The translations under genes were made by a program, and so were the position numbers. The notes under the pieces are model-generated. The model saw only the letters and a program-made list of their open reading frames with translations, was not told the origin of the DNA and made no database searches. Shown piece by piece: positions 1-10,598 of a stretch of DNA of 61,471 nucleotides; positions within the stretch are counted from its first letter, which is position 1, and every line of letters begins with the position of its first letter. The stretch is taken from NCBI RefSeq assembly GCF_001194135.2, contig NC_068990.1, positions 62,400,802 through 62,462,272 on the forward strand, read 5' to 3'. This DNA comes from Octopus bimaculoides. Taxonomy: Eukaryota.

Positions 1-256
1 CGTATACATTGGATATATGTAAATGCCCATATATACATGGATATGTATATATATATGTGTGTGTATATATGTACGTATACATGTATGTCTGCATGCACTG
101 TTTACACAGAGAAGTTGCTTCTTGTGACTACACAATGGAACAAGTTATGTTGGTACAAATAGAAAGGAAGAATTTCATTATCTAGGCACAAGGTTATTTG
201 CTGAGTGACAATAGAACTTTCCATAACTTAAATATCCTTAACACAAGCGCACACAT

Positions 257-257
<1 letters not shown>

Positions 258-341
<84 letters not shown>
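258..341. repeat. (CA)n microsatellite, representative of many in the window (e.g. 29756-29827, 31495-31555, 56904-57010, 60742-60800)
   Basis: Pure dinucleotide run seen directly; it explains the HTHT/CVCV ORFs. Confidence 0.98.
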
Positions 342-344
<3 letters not shown>

Positions 345-1399
345 CACACACTTACTAACACAAATATAGTGTCAGGTGTTATTATTGATATGATCATTAT
401 TATTATTACCCATGTCGACAAAAATGGCGATAATTTTATCAATGATAGAAAATGTCACATCAACACAATGAGGAAAGCCATTAAGAAATGGCAGCAATCT
501 AGTAAATATATACACATACACAGAATTGGATTACTAGAAAAATCAGATACGATCGTAACGTCTCGGTTGAAAATATCACCCACATAATGTATGTTTATGT
601 GTGTGTGTGTGTGCGTGTAAAGGGAGGAAGAGAATTTTGATTATCCCTACGCGGTGAGTTGTATTGCAAAAATATATAGATATCATAAAAAGAAGGAAAA
701 TGCGCAGGGTTTACATAGCTTTAATATATTTTAAATGTACCGTATTGTGGCCGTTGACCGGTTTCGTTTTCGCTAATCATGACATTGAAATTATTGTAAT
801 TTCAGGGTTTTTTATGAAGATTTTAGTCCATGCTCTTGTATGACAGTTTATGAATGAATCAACAAGTAGAAAAATCTAAGGGTAGGTATCGGGACAGAGG
901 AGATAATTTCTCATTTTTGTGGTGGGGAAAATAAATATAGAAAAACTCATAAACTGAAGCTGTGAGGTAAAATATGTACAGTAATGGATATGTGATCATG
1001 AATTAAAATATATACTAAGATCAAAGTTGGTTATGCGTTCATATTTAGGTGTGCTCTGTATTTTTCGATAAATAATTTCTTTTTATTTAAACGTATTTGT
1101 ACAGAAATTGTTTCTTTGCACTGGTAGATGGGCAAAACTGTGAAATTCGGTTGGAGATTTTCTACACATCTCTTTATGTGTTCACTCAAATGTATCTGTC
1201 TATACCCTGTTCCTTATGTAGTGTGGTTCTCTGTCTAAATGCCTTACTTGTCTGTCCTATATAGCTATGTCCACAACCTGAACAAGTTATAACAAATTAA
1301 ATTCTAGCATGCACAAGGGAAGTTGGTTTTAATTGTGAACCTCTTTCCTTGTTTCAATTGGAATTCACACACACACATGTGTGTAGATATATATACATA

Positions 1400-1417
1400 T
1401 ATGTACATATAAATACA

Positions 1418-1481
<64 letters not shown>

Positions 1482-1615
1482 CTCACACAAACATATGTAT
1501 GTATATACTCCACTACGACGTATATGTACACACACATATAAAACATATATATATATGTATATATATAAACATATATATATATATATATCATATATGTATA
1601 TATATATAAACATAT

Positions 1616-1670
<55 letters not shown>
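1400..1670. repeat. Compound (TA)n / (TAGA)n microsatellite block
   Basis: (TA)n at about 1400-1479, degenerate TA repeats to about 1615, (TAGA)n at about 1616-1670. Confidence 0.97.
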
Positions 1671-1672
<2 letters not shown>

Positions 1673-2110
1673 AAGGTAAATAGAAAAACGTCACTAAAGT
1701 GACAAAGGGCACTAATCAACATCAGTTCTGCTAGAAATAAGAGCAAAAACAACCCAATAGCCACGGAAAGTACTATCTTAATGCCTGACAAGGGAGGCAA
1801 GCTCCCTACAGCAGCAAACATAGCCATATCATCGATGATTTCGCATTTTAATGCTTCCGTATTTTAATGTTCATCAGTGGCTCTCACCGCGCCTAGGGTT
1901 TAACTCAGCTCACCTTATTTCCGTTGAAAGCACACGCTGATTTCATAAACGGGAGAAGTGAAAATGACAATAATATGGGTGGCTTATTCGCAATTTTACA
2001 ACTTAAAGGCAGAAATACAGACGTCACTAAAGTGCTCTACCTGTGGCTATTGTGTTGTTTTGACTTTTATTTCTAGCAGTGCTGGTACTTATTAGTGCCC
2101 TTTGAAAAGC
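1671..2110 (-). mobile_element. Penelope-like / retrozyme-like terminal-repeat remnant with an inverted segment
   Basis: 61-nt ungapped inverted repeat, 1704-1764 vs 2043-2103 (51/61 identical), encloses a hammerhead motif. Direct repeat ACGTCACTAAAGTG at 1688 and 2021. Abuts a microsatellite. The PLE assignment is inference. Confidence 0.5.
1822..1882 (-). ncRNA. Minimal type I hammerhead ribozyme motif with a duplicated stem II
   Basis: Minus strand reads AGCCA-CTGATGA-[16-nt insert]-GCAT TAAA ATGC-GAA-ATCATCGATGAT (palindromic stem III)-A-TGGCT. Stem I is AGCCA/TGGCT; cleavage triplet is AUA. Confidence 0.7.
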
Positions 2111-2308
2111 TGCTTTTGCAGTGTCGATTTACTAATTAGAAATAGCAGTCAAGTTTCCCTCATTTTACAACCTAAAAGAAAAAAAGAAGTTGGTATCACA
2201 TAATTGAGTTCAAGATTTACTATGCCAAAGAACAAGAGGAAATAGTCACCACTAGAAAGATTTGCTCAACATCAACACCTTTTGAATGTTGACATTGATA
2301 GCTGTGAA

Positions 2309-2525
2309 AAGGCGGAGAGCTCGCAGAATCGTTAGCACGCCGGGAAAATGCTCAAAATGGCATTTCGTCCGACATTACGTTCTGAGTTCAAATTCCACCG
2401 AGGTCGACTTTGCCTTTCATCCTTTCGAAGTCGATAAAATAAGTACCAGTTACGTACTCTGGTCGATGTGATCGACTAGCCCTTCCCATAAAATTTCAGG
2501 CCTTGTGCCTTTAGTAGAAAGGATG
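2309..2525 (+). mobile_element. SINE family A (tRNA-like head, Meta-domain-like core)
   Basis: AAGGCGG..CAGAATCGTTAGCAC head, GTTCAAATTCC B-box, core GAGGTCGACTTTGCCTTTCATCCTTTCG..GTCGATAAAATAAGTACCAG; many copies in this window. Confidence 0.9.
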
Positions 2526-2734
2526 TTGATAGCAGTGTTGGTGATGTGACTAATTCTGATATTTAACACTGAGTGTAGCCAAAGTCGTACAAGCTGTGAA
2601 TAGTAGCAAGACTTGGTCATATGAGTTATTGTAATATCAATATTGAAGATACGACTACTTGGCATACTAGTTACCAATATCTGCAACATCAGTGTTTTAT
2701 TTTTCTCTCTTTTACTGTCTTACAAATGTTTCAG

Positions 2735-2801
2735 ATCTCCCGTCGTGGTGTCGTTAAATTTAGACTGGATTCTAAATTCGTCTATGTCACCAAAACGATG
2801 G
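2735..2801 (+). CDS. Candidate internal exon (ISRRGVVKFRLDSKFVYVTKTM-G), product unknown
   Basis: Long pyrimidine tract ending TTTCAG at 2734, open phase-0 frame, donor G|GTATTT at 2802. No family recognised. Confidence 0.2.
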
Positions 2802-3027
2802 GTATTTGATAGTAAACAGAGGCTTGAAAATAGCAATGGAAGCAGTCATATTGATTTTATGACTTATTGTTGTATTTCTGTGTAGGTGTCTGTGAAATAA
2901 AGAGTGTATACGTGGAGCGAAATAGAGAAAGAGTGAGACATATTAAGAGAGAAAGAGAGAGAGACAGAAACAGAGAGAGTGAGGCGGACAAAGTGAGAGG
3001 CAGAGAAAGCCAGGCAAAGAGAAAGTA

Positions 3028-3070
<43 letters not shown>

Positions 3071-3397
3071 CAGAGGCCGAGAGAGTAGTGAACTGAATGA
3101 TAGAGTGACGATGATGTAGACCATTAAAATTGTGAGTCTAAAGTCATTGCTTGATCTAAACAAGACTGGTAGTATATTAATAATAGTAAAAAGCAACATA
3201 GGAGGGGGGTCCATGAACTCTGTTACTATGAGGAGTAAAGAATTTTAAAATTAATGTTTAGGGTCATTCATCCATCCAAGTTCGAGACAATAAAAAACTA
3301 GTCTAGTACTGATTCGACGGTAATGACAACCCCTCCCCTCGAAATAATTGACCTTGTGCCTTATGTCTTTTGCCTTGTGCTTTACTCAGAATCGTTA

Positions 3398-4917
3398 GCG
3401 CAAGCTGGCAGAATCGTTACCGTGACGGGCAAAATACTTAGCGGCATTTCGTCCGTCTTCACATTCTCAGTTCAAATGCCACCTGAGTCGAATTTGCCTT
3501 TCATCTTATCGGAGACGATAAAATATAGTATAAATTGAACACTGGGATCGATGTAATCGGCTTACCCCTTCCCCAAACTTGCTGGCCGTGTGCCGAAATT
3601 TGAAATCATTATCAAAGGCACCAAAATGGCAGCGAGCTGGCAGAAGCGTTAGCACTTCGGGCGGAATGCTTACCGGTATTTTGTCTGACGCTACGTTCTG
3701 AGTTCAAATTCCGCTACTTTCTGAGTTCAAATTCGACTTTGCCTTTCATCCTTTCGGGGTCGATAAATTAAGTACCATTCACGCACTGGGGTCGATATAA
3801 TCGATTATCCCCCTTCTCCAAATTTCAGGCCTTGTAGTAGAAAGTGTTATTAAAAGCAGCAAACCGGCAGAAATATTAGCACGCCGGGCGAAATGTATAG
3901 CGGTATTTCGTCTGTCTTTACGTTCTGAGTTCAAATTCCACCGAGGTCGACTTTGCCTTTCATACTTTCGGGATGGATAAATTAAGTACCAGTTGCGTAC
4001 TGGTGGTCAATCTAATTGACTGGTGTCCTCCCCCAAAATTTCGGACCTTGTGCCTCGAGTAGAAATGGATTATTAATATTATTACAACCAGTAGTAAGGC
4101 GGCGAGTTGGCAGAATCGTTAGCGCACTGAACGAAATGCTTACATTCTGAGTTCAAATTCTGCCGAGGTCGACTTTGGCTTTCATCGTTTGGGGGTCAAC
4201 AAAAATACGTACTGGTTGAACAGTAGGGTCGATGTAATCGACTTACACCTTCTCCAAAATTTCTGCCCTTTTGACAAAATTTGAAGCCATTACTATTCTT
4301 AGCATTACGACCAGTAACATAGCGATAAGCTGGCAGAATCGTTAGCACCTCTGGCAGAACGCTTCGCGGCATTTTGTCGGTCCTTACGTTCTGAGTTCAA
4401 ATTCCGCCGAGGTCGACTTTGCCGTTCATCTTTTTGGGGTCCAAAAAATAGGTACCAGCTACGCACTGGGGTTGATGTAATCCACTAGCTCCTTCCCTAC
4501 AAAATTTCAAGCTTTTTGCTTATAATAGAAAAGATCATTAATATTATTAAGGCGGCGAGCTGGCAGAATCGTTAGCACGCAGGGCAAAATGCGGGACGGC
4601 ATTTCGTCCGTCATTATGTTCCGACGAGGTCGACTTTGCTTTTCATACTTTCGGCGTCGATAAAATAAGTACCAGTTGAGCACTGGGGTCGATATGATAG
4701 ACTGTCCCCTCCCCACCCCTCACAAAGTACAGTCTTTGTGCCTATAGTAGAAAGAATTATCATTATCATCATCATCATCATCTTTATTTATTTATTTATT
4801 TATTTATTTAAGGCGGCGAGCTGGCAGAATCGGTAGCGCGCTGGACGAAATACTTAGCGGTATTTCGCCCGTCGCTGCGTTCTGACTTCAAATTCCGCCG
4901 AGGTCTACTTTGCCTTT
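3398..4917 (+). mobile_element. Head-to-tail array of 7 family A SINEs (starts about 3398, 3626, 3853, 4095, 4320, 4548, 4809); last copy cut by an N gap
   Basis: Same head/core/tail repeated at about 230-bp spacing, separated by short (TTA/TCA)-rich tails. Confidence 0.92.
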
Positions 4918-5664
4918 NNNNNNNNNNNNNNNNNNNNNNNNNNNNNNNNNNNNNNNNNNNNNNNTGGCGGTATGTTTTTGGAGGCTAGTTTATGACTAAT
5001 TCACTTGTTTGAAAGATTCTATACTGTATTTTGTTGTTTAAATCGTTTTGCAAGCCAGCTGCCTTCGGAGTGGGGTGGGATGAGGTGGGGGTGGGGGATG
5101 ACGTTTGTTAACCAAAGCCCCATTATGTGGGTGATACAAACCTTTTTATTTTCAAATTTCTTCGAAAATTTGCTTCGTAAAAAAAGTAAACGTTGAAAAT
5201 AGCGACGAAAAACGGGACTGAGGAAGGAAGGTGGTTCGGCAGTTTGCAGGAGGACTTCCCGTCCTCCCCACCATGATTGGCAGTAGATAGTCGACTTAAT
5301 CCCCTTTCCAAGGCTGCTCTTGTAGCAAAAACTTGAAATCATTATTATTATTATTATTATTATTCAGTAGTTTTATTTTTATAACGTGCTTTCACTTCAC
5401 TACCGAGCACAGCTCTGTGTGCCTTGGGTATGTGCTGTGGTTTGCTGTGATGCTCTTATGGTTACTGTATTGAAAGTGTTTTGCGTAGGATGTGTGCAGT
5501 GCCCAGTAGTGCAATTTTCTGTATGTTATATATATGTGTAAGTCCTGGTGTTTTTGTTATGTATTTGTCTGAATATTTTTTTTATTATACCTAAACATTC
5601 TACAAAGCGGTGCCACTGCATGGCCCCAACATGTCCATTGTTGTTGTTATTATTATTATTATTT

Positions 5665-5838
5665 TAGGCAGTGAGCTGGCACAGTGGTTAGCGCGCAGGG
5701 CGAAATGCTTAGCAGTATTTCGTCTGCTGCTATGTTCTGAGTTCAAATTCCACCGAGGTCGACTTTGCCTTTTCTTTCGTGGTCTATAAGTTAAGTATCA
5801 GCAGCATGGCCGCAGTCTAATGACTGAAACAAGTAAAA
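5665..5838 (+). mobile_element. Chimeric SINE: family A 5' part joined to family B 3' tail
   Basis: Family A head and core to AAGTATCAG (about 5801), then CAGCATGGCCGCAGTCTAATGACTGAAACAAGTAAAA, which is the family B terminus. Confidence 0.8.
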
Positions 5839-5888
5839 AATAAATTTGTAATTATTATTGATATTTCAACCTACATTTAGGATCAGAT

Positions 5889-5932
5889 AAATTTTTCATC
5901 GAAATCTCTTCGGAGATTTCGATGAAAAATTT
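5889..5932. other. Perfect 20-bp hairpin with TTCG loop
   Basis: AAATTTTTCATCGAAATCTC-TTCG-GAGATTTCGATGAAAAATTT; the arms are exact reverse complements. Confidence 0.95.
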
Positions 5933-6960
5933 GAATATTTTGTTGACTCGTACTTTAATAGTTTTACTAAAAGAACTGTTGAAATACAAATAGTTTTGCC
6001 TTTCAAAACATGCATAATATTTTATGGGAAATTATGAAATGTTTACTTTTTAAAGTTATTTTCCCTAAATTTTACTTGAGAATCCCTAATACAACCATCG
6101 GATCTTTTCTGTTTGGCTGCATCAGTGGAAATTTTGAAGTTTAGTGAAATTTTTTTTAAATTTGGTATATTGATGTAATTTTCTACGCTGATCTGAGGAG
6201 ATATTTCGCTTTTTACAAAAAGATTTCTTAAAAAAAAGCTACAGAAGTTATGATTTTTACCCAACCAGAAAATAAGATTTGGAAGCTGTCATTTTGTGCG
6301 TGACTACACGTTTTGTCAATTGGTGAGATTCTGCTTTATGCATGCCATATAACCCTGATAACAGTTTTTATTTTTTAGAATTTTCAGAAAATTTTTGCGA
6401 ATTTGTATTCTACATACGGGAATTCATAAGAATATGCAGCCCCTCCAAACCAAAAGGTGCGTGATTTAAGGTCTTTTTAGTTATTATTTTTAGCACATCC
6501 CACAAACACCTCATACCTCATGTATTTTAAGCATGTAATAAGCGCAAAACGACCACGTGGGTAAGCAGATTGGTAACAGCTTGTTGCTTTCGATTGGTTA
6601 AAATTACCAAACATTTGCAAACTTTAAAAGCTATTAATTATTTATTGATTGATTTACAGCGAAAATGAATTTCATGTCAATGATTACCATACAAAGCTAC
6701 GTCAACATTTCAAACATGAAATCAGTTGGAACAAAAACTGAAGAAACTGAAAATTGTCAGTCAAACAAAAAAAGATCCCAAACATCTAATTCCTTTGTCT
6801 GCTCGTACTTTAGCGTTTACCATTGAAATACAAAACTCTTGTCTCAATACGCCTGATTCTTCAGTGGAAATATTACAATTTTACTTTTCTATCTTTTGAT
6901 AATATTTTCTGTAACTTCTTCATATTTGATTTTATCCATATTTTTGAGGTGATTTATAAT

Positions 6961-7364
6961 ACTCTTACTCTCTCTCTTTTTACACTTTTACTTGTTTAAG
7001 TCATTTGACTGCGGCCATGCTGGAGCACCGCCTTTAGTCGAGCAAATCGACCCCAGAATTTATTCTTTGTAAGCCTGGTACTTATTCTATCGGTCTCTTT
7101 TGCCGAACCGCTAAGTTACGGGAACGTAAACACACCAGCATCAGTTGTCAAGCGAAGTTGGGGGGACAAACACAGACACACATATATATATACATATATA
7201 CGACGGGCTTCTTTCAGTTTCCGTCTACCAAATCCACTCACAAGGTTTTGGTCGGCCCGAGGCTATAGTAGAAGACACTTGCCCAAGGTGCCACGCAGTG
7301 GGAATGAACCCGGAACCATGTGGTTGGTAAGCAAGCTACTTACCACACAGCCACTCTTGCGCCT
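6961..7364 (-). mobile_element. SINE family B (tRNA head, CORE-like domain; resembles the octopus OR-type SINEs), full length
   Basis: Minus strand: GTGGCTGTGTGGTAAG head, GGTTCA.TCCC B-box, GGCACCTTGGGCAAGTGTCTT CORE-like motif, internal (TA/TG)n, tail GAAACAAGTAAAAG. Confidence 0.9.
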
Positions 7365-7377
7365 ATATTTATATTTT

Positions 7378-7752
7378 CACTTGAATTTGTGCCGAGATCG
7401 ACTTTACCTTTCATCCTTTCGGGATTGATAAAATAAGTACCAGTTGATCACTAGGATCGATGTAACTGACTTATCCACTCCCCCGAAATTTCCGGTCTTG
7501 TGTTTTAATTTGAAACCGTTATATTTCTACTAAAACGACGAGGTGGCAGAAATGTTACTGCACCGGACAAAATGCTTAGTGGCATTTCGTCCGTCTTTGC
7601 ATTCAGAGTTCAAACTCTTCGGCAGTCATTTTTACCTTTCATCCTTCCAAGATCGATAAAGTAAGTACCAATTAAAAACTGGAGTCGATGTAATCAACTT
7701 AACCCCTCCCCGAAATTGCTGGCCTTGTGCCAAAGTTTATATCCGCTATTTA
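7378..7752 (+). mobile_element. Two diverged family A SINEs (partial 7378-7512; about 7533-7752)
   Basis: Core CCTTTCATCCTTTCGG..GATAAA.TAAGTACCA and tail TGGCCTTGTGCC recognisable. Confidence 0.8.
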
Positions 7753-8057
7753 TATTTCCACTTGATCACATGCAAATTTTACTTTGAAAACAATTTTTAA
7801 ACAGAATCTTTCACTCGTGCTTTTTTTTTTGCGTTAGTAAATTTAGCAAAGAGCAACTGTATTGAACAGACATTCTAGTCATTCATTGCTAGGCATTCGT
7901 TTGTTTAACATAACAAAACGAACAAACATCTCATAAAAATAAGTGACAACGGCTTTTACATGTAACTATATTCTCATATTTTTACTTCTGTTAGCTTACC
8001 ATTAAATGAATGTTTGTTCAATGATTTTCCATGACAGCAAAGTCACGTCGAGTTCGC

Positions 8058-8200
8058 AGTAGTTCGTTCATCTTTACGTTCTGAGTTCAAATTCCAGCGA
8101 AGTCGACTTTGCCTTTCATCCTTTTGAACACTGGGGTTGATGAAATCGACTTATCCTTGAACTTGCTGGCCTTGTGCCGAAATTTGAAACCAATAATTTA
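8058..8200 (+). mobile_element. 5'-truncated, internally deleted family A SINE
   Basis: TTTACGTTCTGAGTTCAAATTCCAGCGAAGTCGACTTTGCCTTTCATCC followed by the tail. Confidence 0.8.
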
Positions 8201-8537
8201 CCGTGACACGTAACTTTGAAGTATTTTCAGAAAGTTTATTTATTGTTTAGATTCCTTCAATGACGTGTCAGATAAATATGATGATCGGCCTGAGAGAAAT
8301 TCTAAGAACTGATTCAAAACATGACCAGAGTAGAAGAAAAACTTTTAGTAAAATCTGTAATTAATAACCTTTTGAATCAAGAATTCATTGAGCATCAAAC
8401 TTCAACGTTTATGTCTGACGTTTGCCACCACTGGAAACACACCGAGCAGAGATAGTACTACAGAAGAAGGATACGAACAATCGTGTTTCACTGACAATCT
8501 TCGGCTTAGAACAGAGAATTTAATATTTAAGCGAAGG

Positions 8538-8846
8538 TAAGGCGGTGAGCTGGCAGAAACGTTAGCACACCGGGCGAAATGCTTAGCTGTATTTCGTCTG
8601 TCTTTACGTTCCGAGTTCAAATTCCGCCGAAGTCGACTTTGCCTGTCATCCTTTCGGTGTCAATAAATTAAGTACCAGTTATACACTGGGGTTGATGCAA
8701 TCAACTTAATCCCTTTGTCTGACCTCGTTTGTCCCTTTTCTGTTTAGCCCCTTGTAGGCAATAAAGAAATAACATAGATAGATCTAATCGACTGTCCCTC
8801 CTCCCACAAAATTTCAGGCCTTGTGCCTAGAGTAGAAACGAATATT
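8538..8846 (+). mobile_element. Family A SINE carrying tail variant 2 (to about 8775), followed by an orphan tail variant 1 (about 8780-8846)
   Basis: Full head and core, then TAATCCCTTTGTCTG..AATAAAGAAATAA, then CTAATCGACTG..AATTTCAGGCCTTGTGCCTAGAGTAGAAA. Confidence 0.8.
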
Positions 8847-9294
8847 TCAGCGAAAGTGTTTGCAAAAATGTTGGCGATTGTAGGTAGTTGTGTGATCAAG
8901 AGTGTTTATATCTACGGGGCTTTTGGTTGATGTATTGACAACAAACTGCATACGATACCCCGTACAAAAATATAATAAACCTGGCTTCCGTGAGTCTCTG
9001 ATCTATTTGATCAAATCATAGACTTCGATGAGGAAAACTATTAGAACTTGACAGAGGTCCACAGTGCAGCCAGTTTAGATTCTATTCTATTCTCAGAGTT
9101 TGGTTCGCTTTGATGTACAGCGGTAACTATTGGATGGTCAGAATAAATAGGCACCTATCTAATAAGTTTCCAATCACATCATTCGTCCATGGAGAATCTC
9201 CTCTCATTGTTCCTGTACATTACACCTCTTGAGCCATTACTTGGGAAGATAGACGCATTGAGGTGAATCCGGCTCAAACCCTGACAGGAGACGT

Positions 9295-9429
9295 TCATAT
9301 AAGCGTGCGTACGTGATGGATATCACTATCGTAATTGTAGGTATCGTGGAAGTCGACGTGGTCAATAACAACTCGGTGGGATTGCGGCTCGGCACTTAGT
9401 AAAGCAAATCTATGAAAACCAATACATTC
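9295..9429 (-). CDS. Candidate exon ECIGFHRFALLSAEPQSHRVVIDHVDFHDTYNYDSDIHH(VRTLI*), product unknown
   Basis: Very strong acceptor (CTTTTTTTTCTTTCTTTTTGGTCTTTTAAACAG). Only phase 0 is open. Non-repetitive, relatively GC-rich sequence. Possible internal donor CAC|GTACGC at 9312. Confidence 0.35.
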   Translation of the reverse strand, partial: ECIGFHRFALLSAEPQSHRVVIDHVDFHDTYNYDSDIHHVRTLI

Positions 9430-9761
9430 CTGTTTAAAAGACCAAAAAGAAAGAAAAAAAGATAGTCCATGCTCTTCCAAACTTCGCATCTACTTGTCCT
9501 TTTCGGCAAGTAATATGTTGCAATAAAATCGTGAAGTTCCCTCTTTGTTTTTGTAACAGCAACGGCAGTAAACGCCTAGTCTAGCTTCATGCTGCATTTA
9601 CTGCAAGAAAAACGCATTTGTCGAGCATGTTGGCAATCTTGACATATTTATGTTGGCGTAATGAAACCGTATTCTTTTACTAGTTTCAATCATATGACTA
9701 CGGCCATGCTGGCGGAAACAACTTTTCTCTTCAGGGTTATCTAAACGTTAGTTGGCCATGT

Positions 9762-10150
9762 GTGGAGGCGCAATGGCCCAGTGGTTAGGGCAGCGGACTC
9801 GCGGTCATAGGATTGCGGTTTCGATTCCCAGACCGGGCGTTGTGAGTGTTTATTGAGCGAAAACACCTAAAGCTCCACGAGGCTCGGGCGGGGGATGGTG
9901 GCGAACCCTGCTGTACTCTTCCGCCACAACTTTCTCTCACTCTTACTTCCTGTTACTGTTGTGCCTGTAATTCATAGGGTCAGCTTTGTCACACTGTGTC
10001 ACGCTGAATATCCCCGAGAACTACGTTAAGGGTACACGTGTCTGTGGAGTGCTCAGCCACTTGCACGTTAATTTCACGAGCAAGTTGTTGTTCCGTTGAT
10101 CGAATCAACTAGAACCCTCGACGTCGTAAGCGACGGAGTGCCAACAATAA
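9762..10150 (+). mobile_element. SINE family C (tRNA-derived, OK-like), full length, with 12-bp TSD
   Basis: A-box TGGCCCAGTGGTTAGG, B-box GGTTTCGATTCCC. AGTTGGCCATGT is duplicated at 9750-9761 and 10151-10162. Confidence 0.93.
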
Positions 10151-10560
10151 AGTTGGCCATGTAAGTTATACATACATACATACATGCAATTTATTTTTAT
10201 GCCGAATTAGAACGACAATTTTACATTAAACTGAAGGATTACTCAATACATTTTGCAGAGTTCAGATTCATTAGCTTTTAACAAGAATTAGCGTTGACAG
10301 TGACTTCGTGGTTTTGATCTGCTTAGCATTTAACAGATTATCCAATGAAGGATAACGAGGCCGAAACTTCGAAGTCACTGTCAACACTATTTTTGTTAAA
10401 GAATTATATGTGTATATACATACATATGCATATGTGAATATATATATATATATATGTTATATGTTATGTATCTATATGTACATGTAGATGAACGTATATA
10501 CATACATGTACATATATATGCATATACTCATATATTGTTTATATATATATATAGAGAGAG

Positions 10561-10598
<38 letters not shown>

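Noticed and set aside
3398-4917. CRISPR-like or satellite array
   Set aside because: Eukaryotic context; units are about 230-bp diverged SINE copies with no repeat-spacer structure and no cas genes.
5215-5295. HDV-like ribozyme in the GC-rich hairpin
   Set aside because: An L3-like TTCCCGT is present, but P2, P3 and P1.1 could not be assembled on either strand.
9762-9840. tRNA genes (also 14951, 16254, 28025, 30330-30405)
   Set aside because: A and B boxes are present, but the acceptor stem does not close and the sequence continues into SINE bodies.
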